Source: Octopus sinensis
Taxonomy: Eukaryota
NCBI RefSeq assembly: GCF_006345805.1
Contig: NC_042997.1
Location: 198,648,001 to 198,712,000, forward strand
Direction: 5' to 3'
Length of the DNA stretch: 64,000 nt
Translations under genes and position numbers: made by a program
Notes under the pieces: generated by a model
The model's input: only the letters and a program-made list of their open reading frames with translations
What the model was told of the DNA's origin: nothing
The model's database searches: none
Shown: piece by piece, positions 1 to 13,535 of the stretch
Layout of the letters: each line of letters begins with the position of its first letter
Numbering within the stretch: the first letter of the stretch is position 1

Positions 1-77
1 AGAGAAGTAAATAGTACATTAGGTAATTTTGGACGAATATTGTAGCAAAAAGTATTTCATTTCGCTAATTTGACCAT

Positions 78-390
78 GTGGAGGCGCAATGACTTAGTGG
101 TTAGGGAGCGGACTCGCGGTCGGAGGATCGCGGTTTCGATTCCCAGACCGGGCGCTGTGTGTGTTTATTGAGCGAAAACACCTAAAGTTCCATGAGACTC
201 AGGCAGTGAGTGATGGCGACCCCTGTTGCAAACTTTCGCCCCAACTATCTCTCTCTCTTTCTTCCTGTTTCTTGGGTAACGCTGCGATGGATTAGCGTCC
301 CGTCTAGCTGGGGGGAACACATACGCTATAGAAACTGAGAAACCGGGCCCATGAGTCTGGCTAGGCTTGAAAAGGGCGCATAAAATAAAA
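78..390 (+). mobile_element. tRNA-headed SINE (family C head/body) with V-SINE-like 3' module
   Basis: A/B-box-like head (TGACTTAGTGG...GTTTCGATTCC); A-rich tail; 12-bp TSD TAATTTGACCAT at 66-77 and 391-402; similar copy at 49882. Confidence 0.85.
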
Positions 391-699
391 TAATTTGACC
401 ATAACAAGTTTTCGTGGGATCCAGCTTTTATCAGTTTCAGCTCACCGACGACGCAAATATGCACCATAATTTCATGAATATCACAACTTCAAAGACAGTT
501 TAATTAAAATCTAGATTGCTTTCTTTTTGACTGGAACTGTGTATTACGTTCGAAAGCATCGAACGATGAGCGCAAACGAAAAACATGTTCCTCAATAAAC
601 CCAGAACTACTCATGTATGTTATATAACCCACATTTCTCATATATATCTAAATATATATGGTTCAAAACTGTACGAAAAATACCCCAGATAAGTGAGGC

Positions 700-800
700 A
701 ACAGCAAACAAGGTGTATCAGTTTGACACTGAGGGAAAATGGAGGACTCTTCGACGTTTCAAACCTACGGTCACCTATACAACGGTATAAAAAGATATAT
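700..800 (-). mobile_element. Decayed Penelope-like terminal-repeat fragment
   Basis: Resembles 15980-16100, 27880-27975 and 59815-59915 (GAAACGT motif, AAACTAATAC-like end). Confidence 0.45.
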
Positions 801-1984
801 ATACATGTACGCCTAAATATGTGTGCGTTTGTGTGTGTGTGTGTGTGTGTGTGTTATAAAAAGTACATACAATTCATTGAAACACTGACTTCCACAAAAA
901 ATATATCTATATATTTTGTTGCTTGTAATCAAGCGTAATTTCTGCTTGGATGTATCGTTATGCTTTATTAATCCAGAACTTCATAGTTAGTTGATATTAG
1001 TGAGTAGTTCAGTGGCTATGATCTTGGTGTGCATATTAGTAAATGATCTCACTCTGATTAAATGTAATACTCACATATACAGCGAGTACACAGAAAAACA
1101 ATGTTCGTTGTACGCTGAAGTATTCATATCTTCCTGCGTTTTGACATGCCTACACTTGTGTATAGAAACGAAATGGACACAGCTATGCTTACATAGGCTC
1201 GTGAACATGCACATCCTTTGTATTGTGTATTTGCAAAATCGTGTAGACATGTGAACATTCCACATACACACGTAACCATATAATACATATGGAAAGACAC
1301 GCGCACACAGAGAGACACACGCATATATGTATTTGTACATATATATCACTATATACAATTTAAACATATATATATATGCATATGCATGCGTACAAATCTA
1401 TATATATATATATATAGATGCACAGACATCTTGTACGTCTGAATAGATTCATCTAGTGATATAAATGGACGCACGTGAGACCAACGCATGGAAGATTTAA
1501 GTATCATGAACAATTTCACTAGTATAGATTTCTTAGATGTCATTATATAAAAAAAAATACACACCAACTTTCACTTTCGTAAACAATTTACAAAACGTAA
1601 TGAGAAAGTCACTTAAATACGGAAACAAGCTTGTCACCCGCTGACAATATTTCGAAACATAGTCAATAAAATCAGCATAAAACTATCTGCTCTTTCATCT
1701 AGTACGGAAATAATCGATAATGCACGACAATAACATAAACTTAAAATCAAGCGGACTCTATTAACGTAAGCTTCAAAGATAACTTCATATACAGACAAAA
1801 TCACCGACAGCAACAGAACACAAACAGAAATCAGTGTAACCCCAAAGCAAGTTAAATGTAAAACCCTGAGGAAACCCAACATTATGCAAATTAGAGGTAT
1901 CTTGCAACGCAAAAACAGCAATATATGAAACTTAAGTTAGCCTCATTAGATTTATATCCAATACTAAATAAGGATGATATATAT

Positions 1985-2216
1985 ATTTCTTTATTGCCCC
2001 CAAGGGGCTAAACATAGAGGGGACAAACAGGGACAGACAAAGGGATTAAGTCGATTACATCGACCCCAGTGCGAAACTGGTACTTTATTTATCGACCCCG
2101 AAAGGATGAAAAGCAAAGTCGAGCTCGGTGGAATTTGAACTCAGAACGTAACGACAGACGAAATACGGCTACGCATTTCGCCTGGCGTGCTAACGTTTCT
2201 GCAAGCTCGCCGCCTT
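1985..2216 (-). mobile_element. SINE family B (Meta-domain-like, GTCGAC-rich), full length
   Basis: Matches more than 15 other copies in the window; 15-bp TSD TAAATAAGGATGATA at 1965-1979 and 2217-2231. Confidence 0.9.
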
Positions 2217-2447
2217 TAAATAAGGATGATACATAGGTGTGACAGAAGGTAAATTAAGGAACGATATGACAGCCTTGCTTCAAAGTTGGACGAACAGAAA
2301 AGACGAACGTCACAAAAGCATCAAGTGACATTTGGAAATAAAGAGCGACAAAGTCTTCAATATAAAGTTGAGAATACTAGAAAGGTTAAATGATATCTAT
2401 TCAGTGCATTTGAAGCATATATCTATATCAAATGCTGAAATTTTTGT

Positions 2448-2845
2448 AGGCGTAGGAGTGGCTGTGTGTTAAGTAGCTTGCTTACCAGCCACATGGTTCC
2501 GGGTTCAGTCCCACTGCGTGGCACCTTGGGCAAGTGTCTTCTACTATTGCCTCGGGCTGACCAAACCCTTGTCAGTGGATTTGGTAGACGGAAACTGAAA
2601 GAAGCCCGTCGTATATATGTATATATGCGTGTGTGTGTGTTTGTGTGTGTTTGTCTCCCCAACATCGCTTGACAACCGATGCTGGTGTGTTTGCATTCCC
2701 GTAACTTAGTGGTTCGGCAAAAGAGACCGATAGAATAAGTACTAGGCTTACAAAGAATAAGTCCTGGGGTCGATTTGCTCGACTAAAAGCGATGGTCCAG
2801 CATGGTCGCAGTCAATTGACTGGAATAAGTAAAAGAATAAAAGAG
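2448..2845 (+). mobile_element. SINE family A (tRNA-like head, CORE-like GGCACCTTGGGCAAG, internal microsatellite, RTE-like tail)
   Basis: Highly similar to the copies at 17773, 20127, 32910 and 37060. Confidence 0.9.
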
Positions 2846-3304
2846 CAAATGTAAATCCTTGACAGTCATTTATAACAACAGTGAAGCCAACACCAGATCA
2901 AAGACAACAATACGCCTTGCAACATAAAACAACAATGCACAGGTAGACCTTACACTAATCTTACATTTCTACATCTACAGAACTATAGCTTATATATTAC
3001 TTTCTTATTTCTTCATATCTCTCACTCCCACACTATCTCATCAGTTCGCATATGTATATTCGTTCTTAATCCTCTCAGTCATTCCACCACTTGCCATTCT
3101 TGTTTCTTATAGATCTATGAACAAATGCCACTCCTGCTTCTTGTCTTTCTCCAACCTTCTTCCTAACTTTTAGTACATATTTGATCTCATTTGGGTGTAT
3201 TTCCGTTTCAATATATCTTCGTGTATATTGTAGAAGTATATATTATTGTATGTGCACACATTTGAGTACATGTGTGTGTATTCTGTGTTATTCGTGTATA
3301 TATA

Positions 3305-3720
3305 TCATCATCATCTTCACCATCGTTTAACGTTAACTTTCCATGATTTGGATGGTTTAACTGAGGACTGGCAAGCCAAGAGGCTGCACCAGACTCTAAT
3401 TTGATCTTTCAAGGTTTCTACAGCTGGATGCCCTCCCTAAGGCCAACCACTCCGAGAGTGTAATAGGTGCTTTTTACGTGTCACCGGCGCGGGCGCCTGT
3501 CAAGTAGCAAAGGTATAGGTCACGCTCGAATGTTGCTTTTCACGTGCCACCGACACTGGAGCCAGTCAGGCGGCACTGGCATCGGCCACGCTTGAATGGT
3601 GACTTTTACGTACCGCCGACACGGATGTCAGTCAAGCAGCACTGGCATCGACCACCTTTTCACTTCAGATAAAATGTCTTCTCAAGCACAGCACATTCCT
3701 CAACGATTGAAGGGTATTTT
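3305..3720 (-). mobile_element. Non-LTR retroelement 3' end with (GAT)n tail and internal tandem repeats (RTE-like)
   Basis: Minus strand ends GTTAAACGATGATGATG; homologous to 34519-34930. Confidence 0.6.
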
Positions 3721-4739
3721 TAATTATGCGACACTGATATATATATGTTTCGGTACATATGTTTGCATGTCTATTTCTCAATGTATGTGAATGCAATGAT
3801 ATGCACACATCTATAAAGAGTTTTAAATTAATTTGTAAGTACACATTACAATAAATGGAGGTGTGTGATTTTGTGCATATGTGAATATAACTGCTTACTT
3901 TGATATCTATATAAATGTAAAAACCTCGCCATCTGACAAAATACATGTTCCATCTATTCACAGTATATTTGAGATTGTTGGGTCTAACAACGAGGGTTAC
4001 CTCATCATTCTGTACATCACTATAATACTTCCAATACTGCTCATATCACTATAATAGCCCTTTTACATCCTACTAACAGCCAGGCTCTGGTTGAATAAAA
4101 CGTAGCGACACTAATAATCAAGAACCATACTTCTTTATAAACAACAGCTTTTCCTTCTGTAAAACTTATAGTCAGATAATGAACAGTTAATTGAATGTAA
4201 TTGTCTAAATGCACTACGTTGTACTGAATGCTCTAATTATCTTTTGCGACTAATGCCATTTCATATATTACACACATATGATGTATGCAAATATGTGCGT
4301 ATGTATATATGGAATGAAAGAAAATACAAACTGTAGCAAAGTATTCAGAATGAGTGAAGAACATGTATTTGTTTATTAAATAAATGACTACGACAAGGCT
4401 CGTTCAGTTGCTTTCGAAAAACGATTCCTAAACTCTCAGACGAATACTTTAAATAAGAAACAGAATTAGTGCCTGTCAGAATAATTTATTTAATAAATTA
4501 AATATATCTTCTCTACTCGCTGAATTGAGAGTGTTATCTTAATTGTAAGAGCGGTGCGAGCCATGTAGGGAGATACAGTCAGGAAACAGATGATTGTAAA
4601 GGAGTTAAGTTAATTCTTACGAGCAGGTGAGTGTTAACCAAGTCCCCACTTTTGGCCCCGACCGATCAACTGTAATTTTCCGAGGTATAAGTCAAATTTA
4701 ATGCTGGATGATCGTGAGAACTCTTATATGCCGATGACC

Positions 4740-5052
4740 TATCCCTTAGTGGTTAGACTATTTGGCTAACGATCGTAAGGTCATAAGCTCGATTTCTGGC
4801 AACGCGTTGTGTTCTTGAGCAAGACACTATTTCACATTGCTCCAGTTCGCTCGGCCGGCAAAAATTGAGCGGTACTTGTCATTCAAAGAGCCAGCCTTGT
4901 CGCATCCTGTGTTACGCCGAATCTCCCTGAGAACTACGCTAAGAGTGCGCGTGTCTGTGGAGTGTTCAGACGCCCGCACACTGATTTCATGTTTAGGCCC
5001 TTCCTTTGACTGGATCAACTGAAAAACTCGTCGTTGTAACCGAGTGAGTTCC
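4740..5052 (+). mobile_element. SINE: tRNA-like head + CORE-like segment + family C tail
   Basis: CTTGAGCAAGACAC CORE-like block, then GAGAACTACG...GGATCAACTG...GTAACCGA tail shared with 58366 and 59271. Confidence 0.7.
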
Positions 5053-5208
5053 AGATATGTCTATACATATCAGACAGACAGACAGACATAGATAGATACC
5101 TTAGACGTAAAGCTATATGTAATTGCAAGTATTTTTACATATATGTTTACAATGAATATTTATATGTGCATGTACGTATATACTTACATATATTTATATG
5201 CAATTAAA

Positions 5209-5248
<40 letters not shown>

Positions 5249-5329
5249 CATATTTTTCTGTTCTTTTATTCTTTCCTTGGTTTCAGACAGAGGCTGATGT
5301 CATGCTGGGGCACCGATTTTATTTCTCAT

Positions 5330-5945
5330 TCACCTACCGTCTTTCTTTTCGGAATTGTTTCAGGCGAAGTAGCAAATTGGAATTCTTTGTGTTTCCTGCC
5401 GTGATGTCGGTTCATCTGGTATCTCATATGAGCCTTTATCCAATCGTTTCTTAAAAGCATCCATATCTAACCTTTTCAAATATCTGAGGTTGTTTAGCAG
5501 AGTGTTGAAAAGTTGTGGACTCTTGGCACCCAAGCTCTCCTTATTGTAGATGGAAAAGCCGGTGTCTTTGGTACAATGCATTCAGTGGTTAATACAACTT
5601 TCAATTCCAATGTTCGGGGTTAGACATTCCACAGATATATTATTGCATATCTTTCGCGTCTTCTCGCTAAGCAGTGGAGCCTCAGTTTAGCTTCACCCAG
5701 GAGCTGTTTGTGAAGCATCATTATTCATGTGGATTGGCAAATCATGCACTGACTCAGACTCTGGGATCGCGTTTGTTGTGGGCCGATAGTAGAGTATTTG
5801 AAGCTTCTTAGTATTAAACTCCATATTGTTTTCATTAGCCACTCGTAAACTGCATTCAGGTTTCTCTGCAGTTTTAGGGAGCCATCAGAGTCCTTGATCC
5901 CTTTGCGATACTTCTGTATCAGCGGCATAATTGGTGAAGGTGGCT
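5330..5945 (-). mobile_element. Decayed CR1/L2-group LINE, RT C-terminal fragment
   Basis: Minus-strand peptides LKLQRNLNAVYEW and SLGAKSPQLFNTL...FKKRLDK...IPDEP; frameshifts and deletions. Confidence 0.75.
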
Positions 5946-6217
5946 GAATGTATTACTGAAGGCATATCTGAAAAAGCCACCACAAACAGTTGGGGGTCTG
6001 GAGTTTCTGTACAGTTCGATTAGGGACTCCGCTGAGAATTGTTGACTTTTCAGAAAGAACGGCTGCAACTGTAAGACTTCTGCCTCTTCAAAATGTCGTG
6101 CGGCCACTTCTCAACTTTCCCAACGAGACCAAGGTCGAAGGCCTTGAAAAGTCGAGATATATCGCATCCACATTTAAGTGGTTGAATGGTTGCGCTATTA
6201 ATGATAATTTCTATACT

Positions 6218-6439
6218 CTTTTAATTGTTTCAGTCACTTGAGTGCGGCCATGCTGGAGCACCACTTTTAGTCGAGCAAATCGACCCCAGGACTTATTCTT
6301 TGTAAGCCTAGTACTTATTCTACCGGTCTCTTTTGCTGAACGGCTAAGTTACGGGACGTAAACACACCAGCATCAGTTGTCAAGCGATGTTGGGGGGACA
6401 AACACAGACACACATACATATACACACATGTACACACAC

Positions 6440-6489
<50 letters not shown>

Positions 6490-6654
6490 TACAGGCTTGT
6501 TTCAGTTTCCGTCTACCAAAATCCATTCACAAGGCTTTGATCGACCCGAGGCTGTAGTAGAAGACATTTGCCCAAGTTGCCACGCAGTGGGAGTGAACCC
6601 GGAGCCATGTGGTTAGTAAGCAAGCTCCTTACCACACAGCCACTCCTATGCCTA
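6218..6654 (-). mobile_element. SINE family A
   Basis: Reverse complement of the family A sequence seen at 2448. Confidence 0.9.
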
Positions 6655-6667
6655 TGTCCTGTTATAA

Positions 6668-6885
6668 TCATATCTACTATAGGCACAAGGTCTGAAATTT
6701 GTGGGGAGGGGACCTGTCGATTACATCGACCCCCAATGTTCAACTGATACTTAGTTTATCGTCATCGAAAGGATGAAAGGCAAAGTTGACCTCGATGGAA
6801 TTTGAGCTCAGAACGTTTAGAGGGTGCCAAATTCCGCTAACCATTTCGTCCAGCGTGTTAACGATTCTGCCATCTCGCCACCTTA
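6668..6885 (-). mobile_element. SINE family B variant (alternative 3' tail)
   Basis: Family B body; tail shared with 54640 and 61116-61570. Confidence 0.75.
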
Positions 6886-6974
6886 ATGTCCTGTTATAAT
6901 ATTAATTTTAAAATATGTTTTAACATTAAACTGGAGAATTATCCAATTCCTTCTATGGAGTACATACTTATTAT

Positions 6975-7178
6975 TCCAGCCTCCACTCTCAACGCAACCA
7001 ACGTTGTCCAAGGGAAAGGCAAGGACCGATACAGCTTGGCATCAGTGACGTCGCAACTCATTACTACAGCTGGGTGAACTGGAGCTATGTAACAAAGTGT
7101 CTTGCTCAAGAACACAACACACAATCCGGTCCGGGAATCAAACCTCATGATTGTAAGCCTGACTCTCTAACCACTGCT
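6975..7178 (-). mobile_element. SINE family D (CORE-like), partial
   Basis: Homologous to 37893-38093; CTTGAGCAAGACAC block on the minus strand. Confidence 0.7.
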
Positions 7179-7454
7179 CCACCCTCCCCTGTAACCCATA
7201 CATTCCAGGTATTCGAATGTAATTAAATACTTATTTAGATACCTGTCTAACCTCCTGATTGTTTATAGGATATTTACCTCTATTTGAGCAATAAATCGTA
7301 CACAAACATGCTCACTTCTACCCCTATGTACATATATAACTGCATATTCAGGTTTCTTGCACTTAAACACGTATGTTGACGTACTCTTATAAACCTATAT
7401 GCGTTTGTGTTTTTCTATACACACACACACACGCACGAGCGGAAAGACAGATAT

Positions 7455-7610
<156 letters not shown>

Positions 7611-7651
7611 TTAAACGTAAGATATATGTACTTGCAAGTGTGTTATGTGTG

Positions 7652-7701
<50 letters not shown>

Positions 7702-8302
7702 TGGAATGAATATTATGTTCACGTACGTATGTGCTGCGTTTGAATATGTGTGTGTAGGTACATGTATTAGTGTATGTAGATGTACTTGCGTATATGCATA
7801 GCTATAGACATATAAACCAGATTGCTTATGCCTTTTTAATGCACTATTCTTATCTAGAATCACATCAATTATTGGGAAGGCTTTTTAACTCCTAACTAAC
7901 TACTCACTTCCTTAATTACCAAAATAACTTGTCTTCTCTCATTCTCTAACAATGTTTTATAACACAGTTTTTCATTTCCCATTCTCTACCCCGACTCACC
8001 TCACTTCCCCTCTGGTTTCCTCCTATATTCTACACATGACCCTTAATTTTCCTCCATCCCTCTCATTTCTAAGCACGGTAGCCAACTCTCTGCCCAATAA
8101 CCGTTGCTTACTTCTTTAGTTAACATGTTACTCACCTCATTAGTGAAAAAATGTCAGATCTATGATTATAAGGTAAAAAACCGTTGTTTACAACTTCATT
8201 GGCTCAATAAGTCAATAAATCTGAAAGCCGAGTTCTCAGGGAAATCAATATTAATCAACAATACATCTTATATATACATCTTATATGTGTCTGTGTGTGT
8301 GT

Positions 8303-8680
8303 GCAAGGCGGCGATCTGGCAGACACGTTAGCGCGCCGGGCGAAATGCTTAGCGGTATTTCATCTGACGTTACGTTCTGTGTTCAAATTCCGGCAAGGTC
8401 GACTTTGCCTTTCATCCTTTCGGGGTCGATAAATAAAGTACCAGTTTCGCACTGGGGTCGATATAATCGACTTAATTCGTTTGTCTCTAGTAAAGAAATA
8501 GGTATTTCGTCTGACGTTACGTTCTGAGTTCAAATTCCGCCGAGGTCGACTTTGCCTTTCATCCTTTTGGCGTCGATAAATAAAGTACCAGTTTCGCGCT
8601 GGGGTCGATGTAATCGACTTAATCCCTTTGTCCTTGCTTGTCCCCTCTATGTTTAGCTCCTTGTGGGCAATAAAGAAATA
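8303..8680 (+). mobile_element. SINE family B head-to-tail dimer
   Basis: Second unit starts at GGTATTTCGTC (8501) directly after the AAAGAAATA tail of the first. Confidence 0.85.
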
Positions 8681-8840
8681 TGTATGTGTGTGTGTGAGTA
8701 CTGTGAGTTCGATTCCCAGACCGGGCGTTGTGTTGTGTTCTTGAGCAAAGCACTTCATTTCACGTTGCTCTGCGCTGATTTGGACATCTGACATGCGGCA
8801 CTCGTTGCACCTGTGCAGGTAATATCGATCTGATGGAGGG

Positions 8841-9368
8841 TCTGTGTTGGGCCCACTCCACTTCATTATTTACATCAACGACATAGTAGATGTCATCAAA
8901 CATTCTACATTGAAAATCTTTGCAGATGATTCCAAACTCCTGAAAGCCACAAACGGCATGAGAGACCGAACATGCCTTTAGTCAGATCTGCTTGCGGGAA
9001 AACACAATATGCTTCTACATGAAGATAGGTTTGATTTGATCCACTTTGGGAAAGAGGAGACTCTGAAATTACCATATGCTCTACCTTCGGTCGACTCCCT
9101 AGTGACATCCAACAATATCAGAGATCTTGGAGTAATTTTTGGTAACAATCTAAGCTGGAGTTCCCACGTAAACAGTAAGGTTGACTTGGCCAGCAAGATG
9201 TGCTCCTGGATTCTGATAACTTTCCGGTCTAGAGATGCCTCTAACATCATCCTTCTCTATTCTACTTTCGCCCGACCTCACCTTGAATACTGTTGCCCAC
9301 CGTGGTCCCTCCATACAAAGCAACACTTTACGAAAGCAGAAGCACTCCAGAGGTCAATAACAAGACAG
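8841..9368 (+). mobile_element. Decayed CR1/L2-group LINE RT fragment
   Basis: FIIYINDI...KIFADDSKL (RT catalytic FADD), [27 protein letters not shown]. Confidence 0.85.
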
Positions 9369-9374
9369 ACGGCA

Positions 9375-9590
9375 TATATGGTCCTTAAAAGTTATATATG
9401 GTCCTTAAAAGACAAAGGAGTCAGGTACAAAATCCATTGGAAGATCTTAGCCAAGTGTAAGCCTTACACTTGGCATCGAACTCCCTTGTTGATCAAGTGC
9501 CACGTATCAGAGGTGGTTTCACATAGTAGTGTAGCTCATTCAACGGTGGTGCTGCAGCATGGCCGCAGCCTTCGGGCTGAAACATTTTTT
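9375..9590 (+). mobile_element. Penelope-like GIY-YIG C-terminal fragment followed by an RTE-type 3' tail
   Basis: Peptide [27 protein letters not shown] resembles PLE endonuclease C-termini (recalled); tail GGTGCTGCAGCATGGCCGCAG...GCTGAAAC shared with SINE A. Confidence 0.5.
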
Positions 9591-9720
9591 AAGGAATTAA
9601 GGATTTATATATGTACATACATATATATACATACATATATGTACATATACATACATATATATGTGTATGTACATATACATACATATATATGTGTGTATAT
9701 ATGTGTATATACATATATAT

Positions 9721-9779
<59 letters not shown>

Positions 9780-10603
9780 TATAGGTGTGTGTGTGTGTTT
9801 GTCCTCCGACCATCGCTTGGCAACCGATGCTGGTGTGTGTAATTACGTAATAAATGCACACGTCCACAGATATATACACAACGTATACTTGTACATATGC
9901 TACACATATATAGATTCTACAATGTCTAACATGAATGAATGCATACACGATAGAACCAGCTGTCAGAATCGATGGGATTCCCAAATACTAATTGAAGTAT
10001 ACGGTTCTTGATATTCTGCTTCCGTTGTCCAAATATTTAACTAGTGGTTGTATATTTAACATGCATATTTGGCCTCGTGCCTTATTTACGTTATTTATGG
10101 CCGTCAGTAGGCAAAACCTACCGATGGAAGAAACGTGTGTTGCATTTATTATGTGCGTGTCACGTCAGCTCGTAGTGCTGTGTTAAAATCCAGCAAATGA
10201 AAAAATAATTACGAAACACATTCAAATATTTATCTTGAAGTATAAAAGTGATAGAAAGAACGTGGGCACAGAACATGTGAGGCTACAGAGGGACTAAGAA
10301 ATAGTGAGATTAGATCTTCCAAGAGATGCGTGAAGGAAAGATTTCGGAAAAAAGAAGGAATCATGTTAAAGCTCTACGCTGTGCTGTTTGAAAACCTAGA
10401 GAGAACTGATGATAGATCAGCGAAAGACAAGAAAAAGACGAACGGTAAGTTGTCCGCTACGGGAGTTTTTAAGGTAGTTATAGATATAATTTTTTTAGTT
10501 AAGCCTGCTTTAACGAAATTATGATAACGCTATTAGGAGACAAAACGACGTGTTGTTCTATTGAGATAAGAAAAGTAATATAAAAATTCATAGAAATTGA
10601 ATT

Positions 10604-10955
10604 GGATCTTTACCTTTTGACCGACAGATTGAAAAAATATTTTTTTGTAACTAAACACTTTCAGACTTCGTATACTTGCAGAATGTGTCACATAAAACAT
10701 CTTTTACTCTTGGCGTGGTTGAGAAAATTCTTTATTTTGGAAGTTATTTTTTGTTAAATTTGTCGTATTTCGGTAATTTCAACCAATCAATGACGTGTAT
10801 TCAGCTGAATAAAATTATTGCTGTTGTTTGCCAACAACCACTTCCGGCTGTGTAAAAGATGTTTTATGTGACACATTCTACCAGTATATAAAGTTTGAAA
10901 GTGTTTAGTTACAAAAAATTATTGTTTAAATCTGTCGGTCAAAAGGTAACGATCC
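10604..10955. mobile_element. MITE with long TIRs, GG termini, about 8-bp TSD (Merlin-like)
   Basis: TIR of about 100 bp starting GGATCTTTACCTTTTGACCGACAG; TSD ATTGAATT/AATGAATT (1 mismatch); partial copy at 16655-16895. Confidence 0.75.
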
Positions 10956-12177
10956 AATGAATTAAACTGTTATCTACTCAGTTTGCCATAACTTATTGCG
11001 ATAGCTAGACTTGAAAATGTATATTTTTAAAAATATATATATATATATTCAACGATAAAAATAGCAATTCACACAATGTCACCTCACAAATTACTGTCCT
11101 ATAGAATGCAAGGATATTAAAAATAGTTTGAACAAACAAGAAATTATCTGTTTTTTTTACAAAACGTATTATAATATGTAACAAAACGATGCACGTGATA
11201 AGAATACTTAGGGGTTCTCCAGAATCTGATTGTGGCATACACTCCTAAGTTTGTTTTAGATCGATCATCTACACATAGAGGATTCTTGAATTTAGGACAA
11301 AAGATATTTTAGTTAAATTTGTATTTCAGTTTCAATGTTGTTTATAAAAATAAAAATGATTCTAATCAATATTGAAATTTAAGAATATCAATATGAAAAA
11401 CAAACACGAAAGCGAACTGAATGTTAGTGACAGTCAAATAGTGTAACATTATATAAATGTAAGTAAACACTTGCGTATATGCAATCATTACTACAAGAGG
11501 CAATTTGCTTTCCAACGTGAATTACCAATACGTACATAATAAGCGATGAATAATAAATATTAATGAAAATTCAACTTATTGAAAACTTTCCACCAGAGAA
11601 AATACTATTTAATGATGGAACCATCCAATGGCCCAATAACTGTAGAGGATTGTACAACAGAGTATTTCCCATTCAGATATTACAATGTCTATAGAGAAAA
11701 CTATTGAACTTAACTTGCAATAACAGAAATCAATAATTTAATCTATATTCATTTCCTCTAATTTATGATACAGTGCTGCATTGCAGTTTATGTACTCATG
11801 GAATATATTGTCACTGAAAAACTAGCCTCTGTAATGAAAATTATATAATTTATAGTCTACTTAAGTCTGAATCGGACAAAACTTCGAAACTCACCAATGA
11901 TAACATATACGGCAGCCAATGGTTTTATTAGTTATTCTGTAGAACAGTTGCAGAATCCATATTGTTTTAGACCGTCCTTGAAAAGCTGATACTCATAACC
12001 GATGAGATTTATGTTCATTTCAAAGTCTTACAGATTGTTCCTTCGATAACAGAGCTGGAAAGAGGAGATACTCCAGAAGGAGACAGTGATTAATATACTG
12101 ATATGTAATCAGGCATATGTAAATGCTAGTTATAGTGACATGCACAAACACCTCACTCTTAATATAGTAAAGAGTTC

Positions 12178-12594
12178 GGACCTTTTCGGTTTGAACGGCA
12201 GTTTTTTACATAATTTCCACGTAACTAAAAAATTTTAAACTTCGTATATTGGTAGAATGTGTTTATAAAACATATTTTTCTCTTGACTTTGAGAAAATTC
12301 TATATTTTGTAAGAGGTTTGTTTTTTTCTTCTTCAATTTCTGCAATTTCAAACCAGTCACTGACGTCTATTGAGGTAAAAAAAAAACATTCTGGGCCGTA
12401 TGAATATGTCCCTCGTTTAAGAAACAGATTGCGTTTATTTACATTTGTGAAGAAAAAAGATACCCTTAATCCCACTCCTAACCCTAACCCTAAAACAGAT
12501 TGAAATGCAATAGATCGATACTAGGGTCATAATTATGGGTGACAATTTCATATGACACCGCTAGAAAAAACTGCCATTCAAACCGAAAAGATCC
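12178..12594. mobile_element. MITE with about 30-bp TIRs, GG termini, perfect 8-bp TSD (Merlin-like)
   Basis: GGACCTTTTCGGTTTGAACGGCAG...CTGCCATTCAAACCGAAAAGATCC; TSD AAGAGTTC at 12170-12177 and 12595-12602. Confidence 0.85.
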
Positions 12595-13244
12595 AAGAGT
12601 TCTTCCAGCTCCTCGCTTTATCGTATTCAGAGTGGGAACTTTCATGCAAATAGTAGCTCTTACAAACGACAGCCTTAGAGAATAACATCCCTTTCGGCAT
12701 ATATGCTGTGTAACCATGCTACAGATCATTCTTCTCATGTTGTTACCAGCAGAACAAAGCAGATATTCCTACACCGGGAACATAATCTCTTTCACTTTCC
12801 AGCTGGTCTTCAGTCGAAAGCATTTGTCAGCTGGATCGTTACATTATTCATGTATGCATGCTCTGAACGTACTCAACCACTGAAAACACCCGAGTATGTC
12901 CAAGCGTTCACTGCATAAATTACATGAACGGAGGCACTCTTGTGTACCCATACAGATCCACTTCTATTTAAGCACGAGCACCACTACCTAAATACATCGC
13001 CTACCTACCTACCTACCTACCTACATACATACATACATGCCCTGGGATATGTAAAAATACCAATCTTGAGAAATTAGGTTTCTCAAAACCAGAAAGGAGA
13101 AAGCTAATTCGAAGGCTACAGATCCAATCCATCATTTGAACTGTAAAAATATGTAAAACATTCCAGAAGTTTATCATTTAAATATATATGAGCATGTCTA
13201 GATATGTAACTATATGCATGAGAATACATACATAAAACATACAA

Positions 13245-13445
13245 ATCTGTACATACATACATGCATGCATGCATGCATGCATGCATACATGCATACTTGC
13301 ATGCATACATGCATACATACATGCATGCATGCATGCATGCATGCATGCATGCATGCATGCATGCATACATACATACATACATACATACATACATACACAC
13401 ACACATACATACACATACACACGTACATACATACATACACACACA
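13245..13445. repeat. (CATG)n/(CATA)n/(CA)n compound microsatellite
   Basis: Direct reading; (CATG)n is self-complementary. Confidence 0.95.
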
Positions 13446-13457
13446 AAAATACTCTGT

Positions 13458-13535
13458 TGTTGATGTTGAAATTCCAATGAAGGAACCTTGGATCTAGGTT
13501 AGAAACCAGTTCTTTCTCTATTGGCAAGAAATAAT
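13458..13535 (+). repeat. Dispersed repeat module next to a (CATA)n tract
   Basis: GATGTTGAAATTCCAATGAAGGA.CCTTGGATCTAGGTTAGAAACC also at about 47492-47560. Confidence 0.8.

Noticed and set aside
2423-2672. Recurrent peptides such as [20 protein letters not shown] and NWYLIYRPRKDERQSRPRRNLNSER in many ORFs
   Set aside because: Translations of SINE A and B copies, not a gene family
10400-10460. CTGATGA...GAAA on + strand
   Set aside because: No stem II closure and no U at 16.1; chance match
11590-12080. Minus-strand GTGAGT donor at about 11894 and acceptor at about 11695 suggesting a 200-nt intron
   Set aside because: All three frames hit stops across or just before the junction; no recognisable protein
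12478-12493. Telomere-like (TAACCC) run
   Set aside because: Only about 2.5 units and internal to a MITE
12790-12820. CUGAAGA-CCAGCUG-GAAA on - strand (other lone CUGANGA hits at about 3038, 22990, 26256, 27266, 56175, 62830)
   Set aside because: No helix III/stem I pairing or no properly placed GAAA
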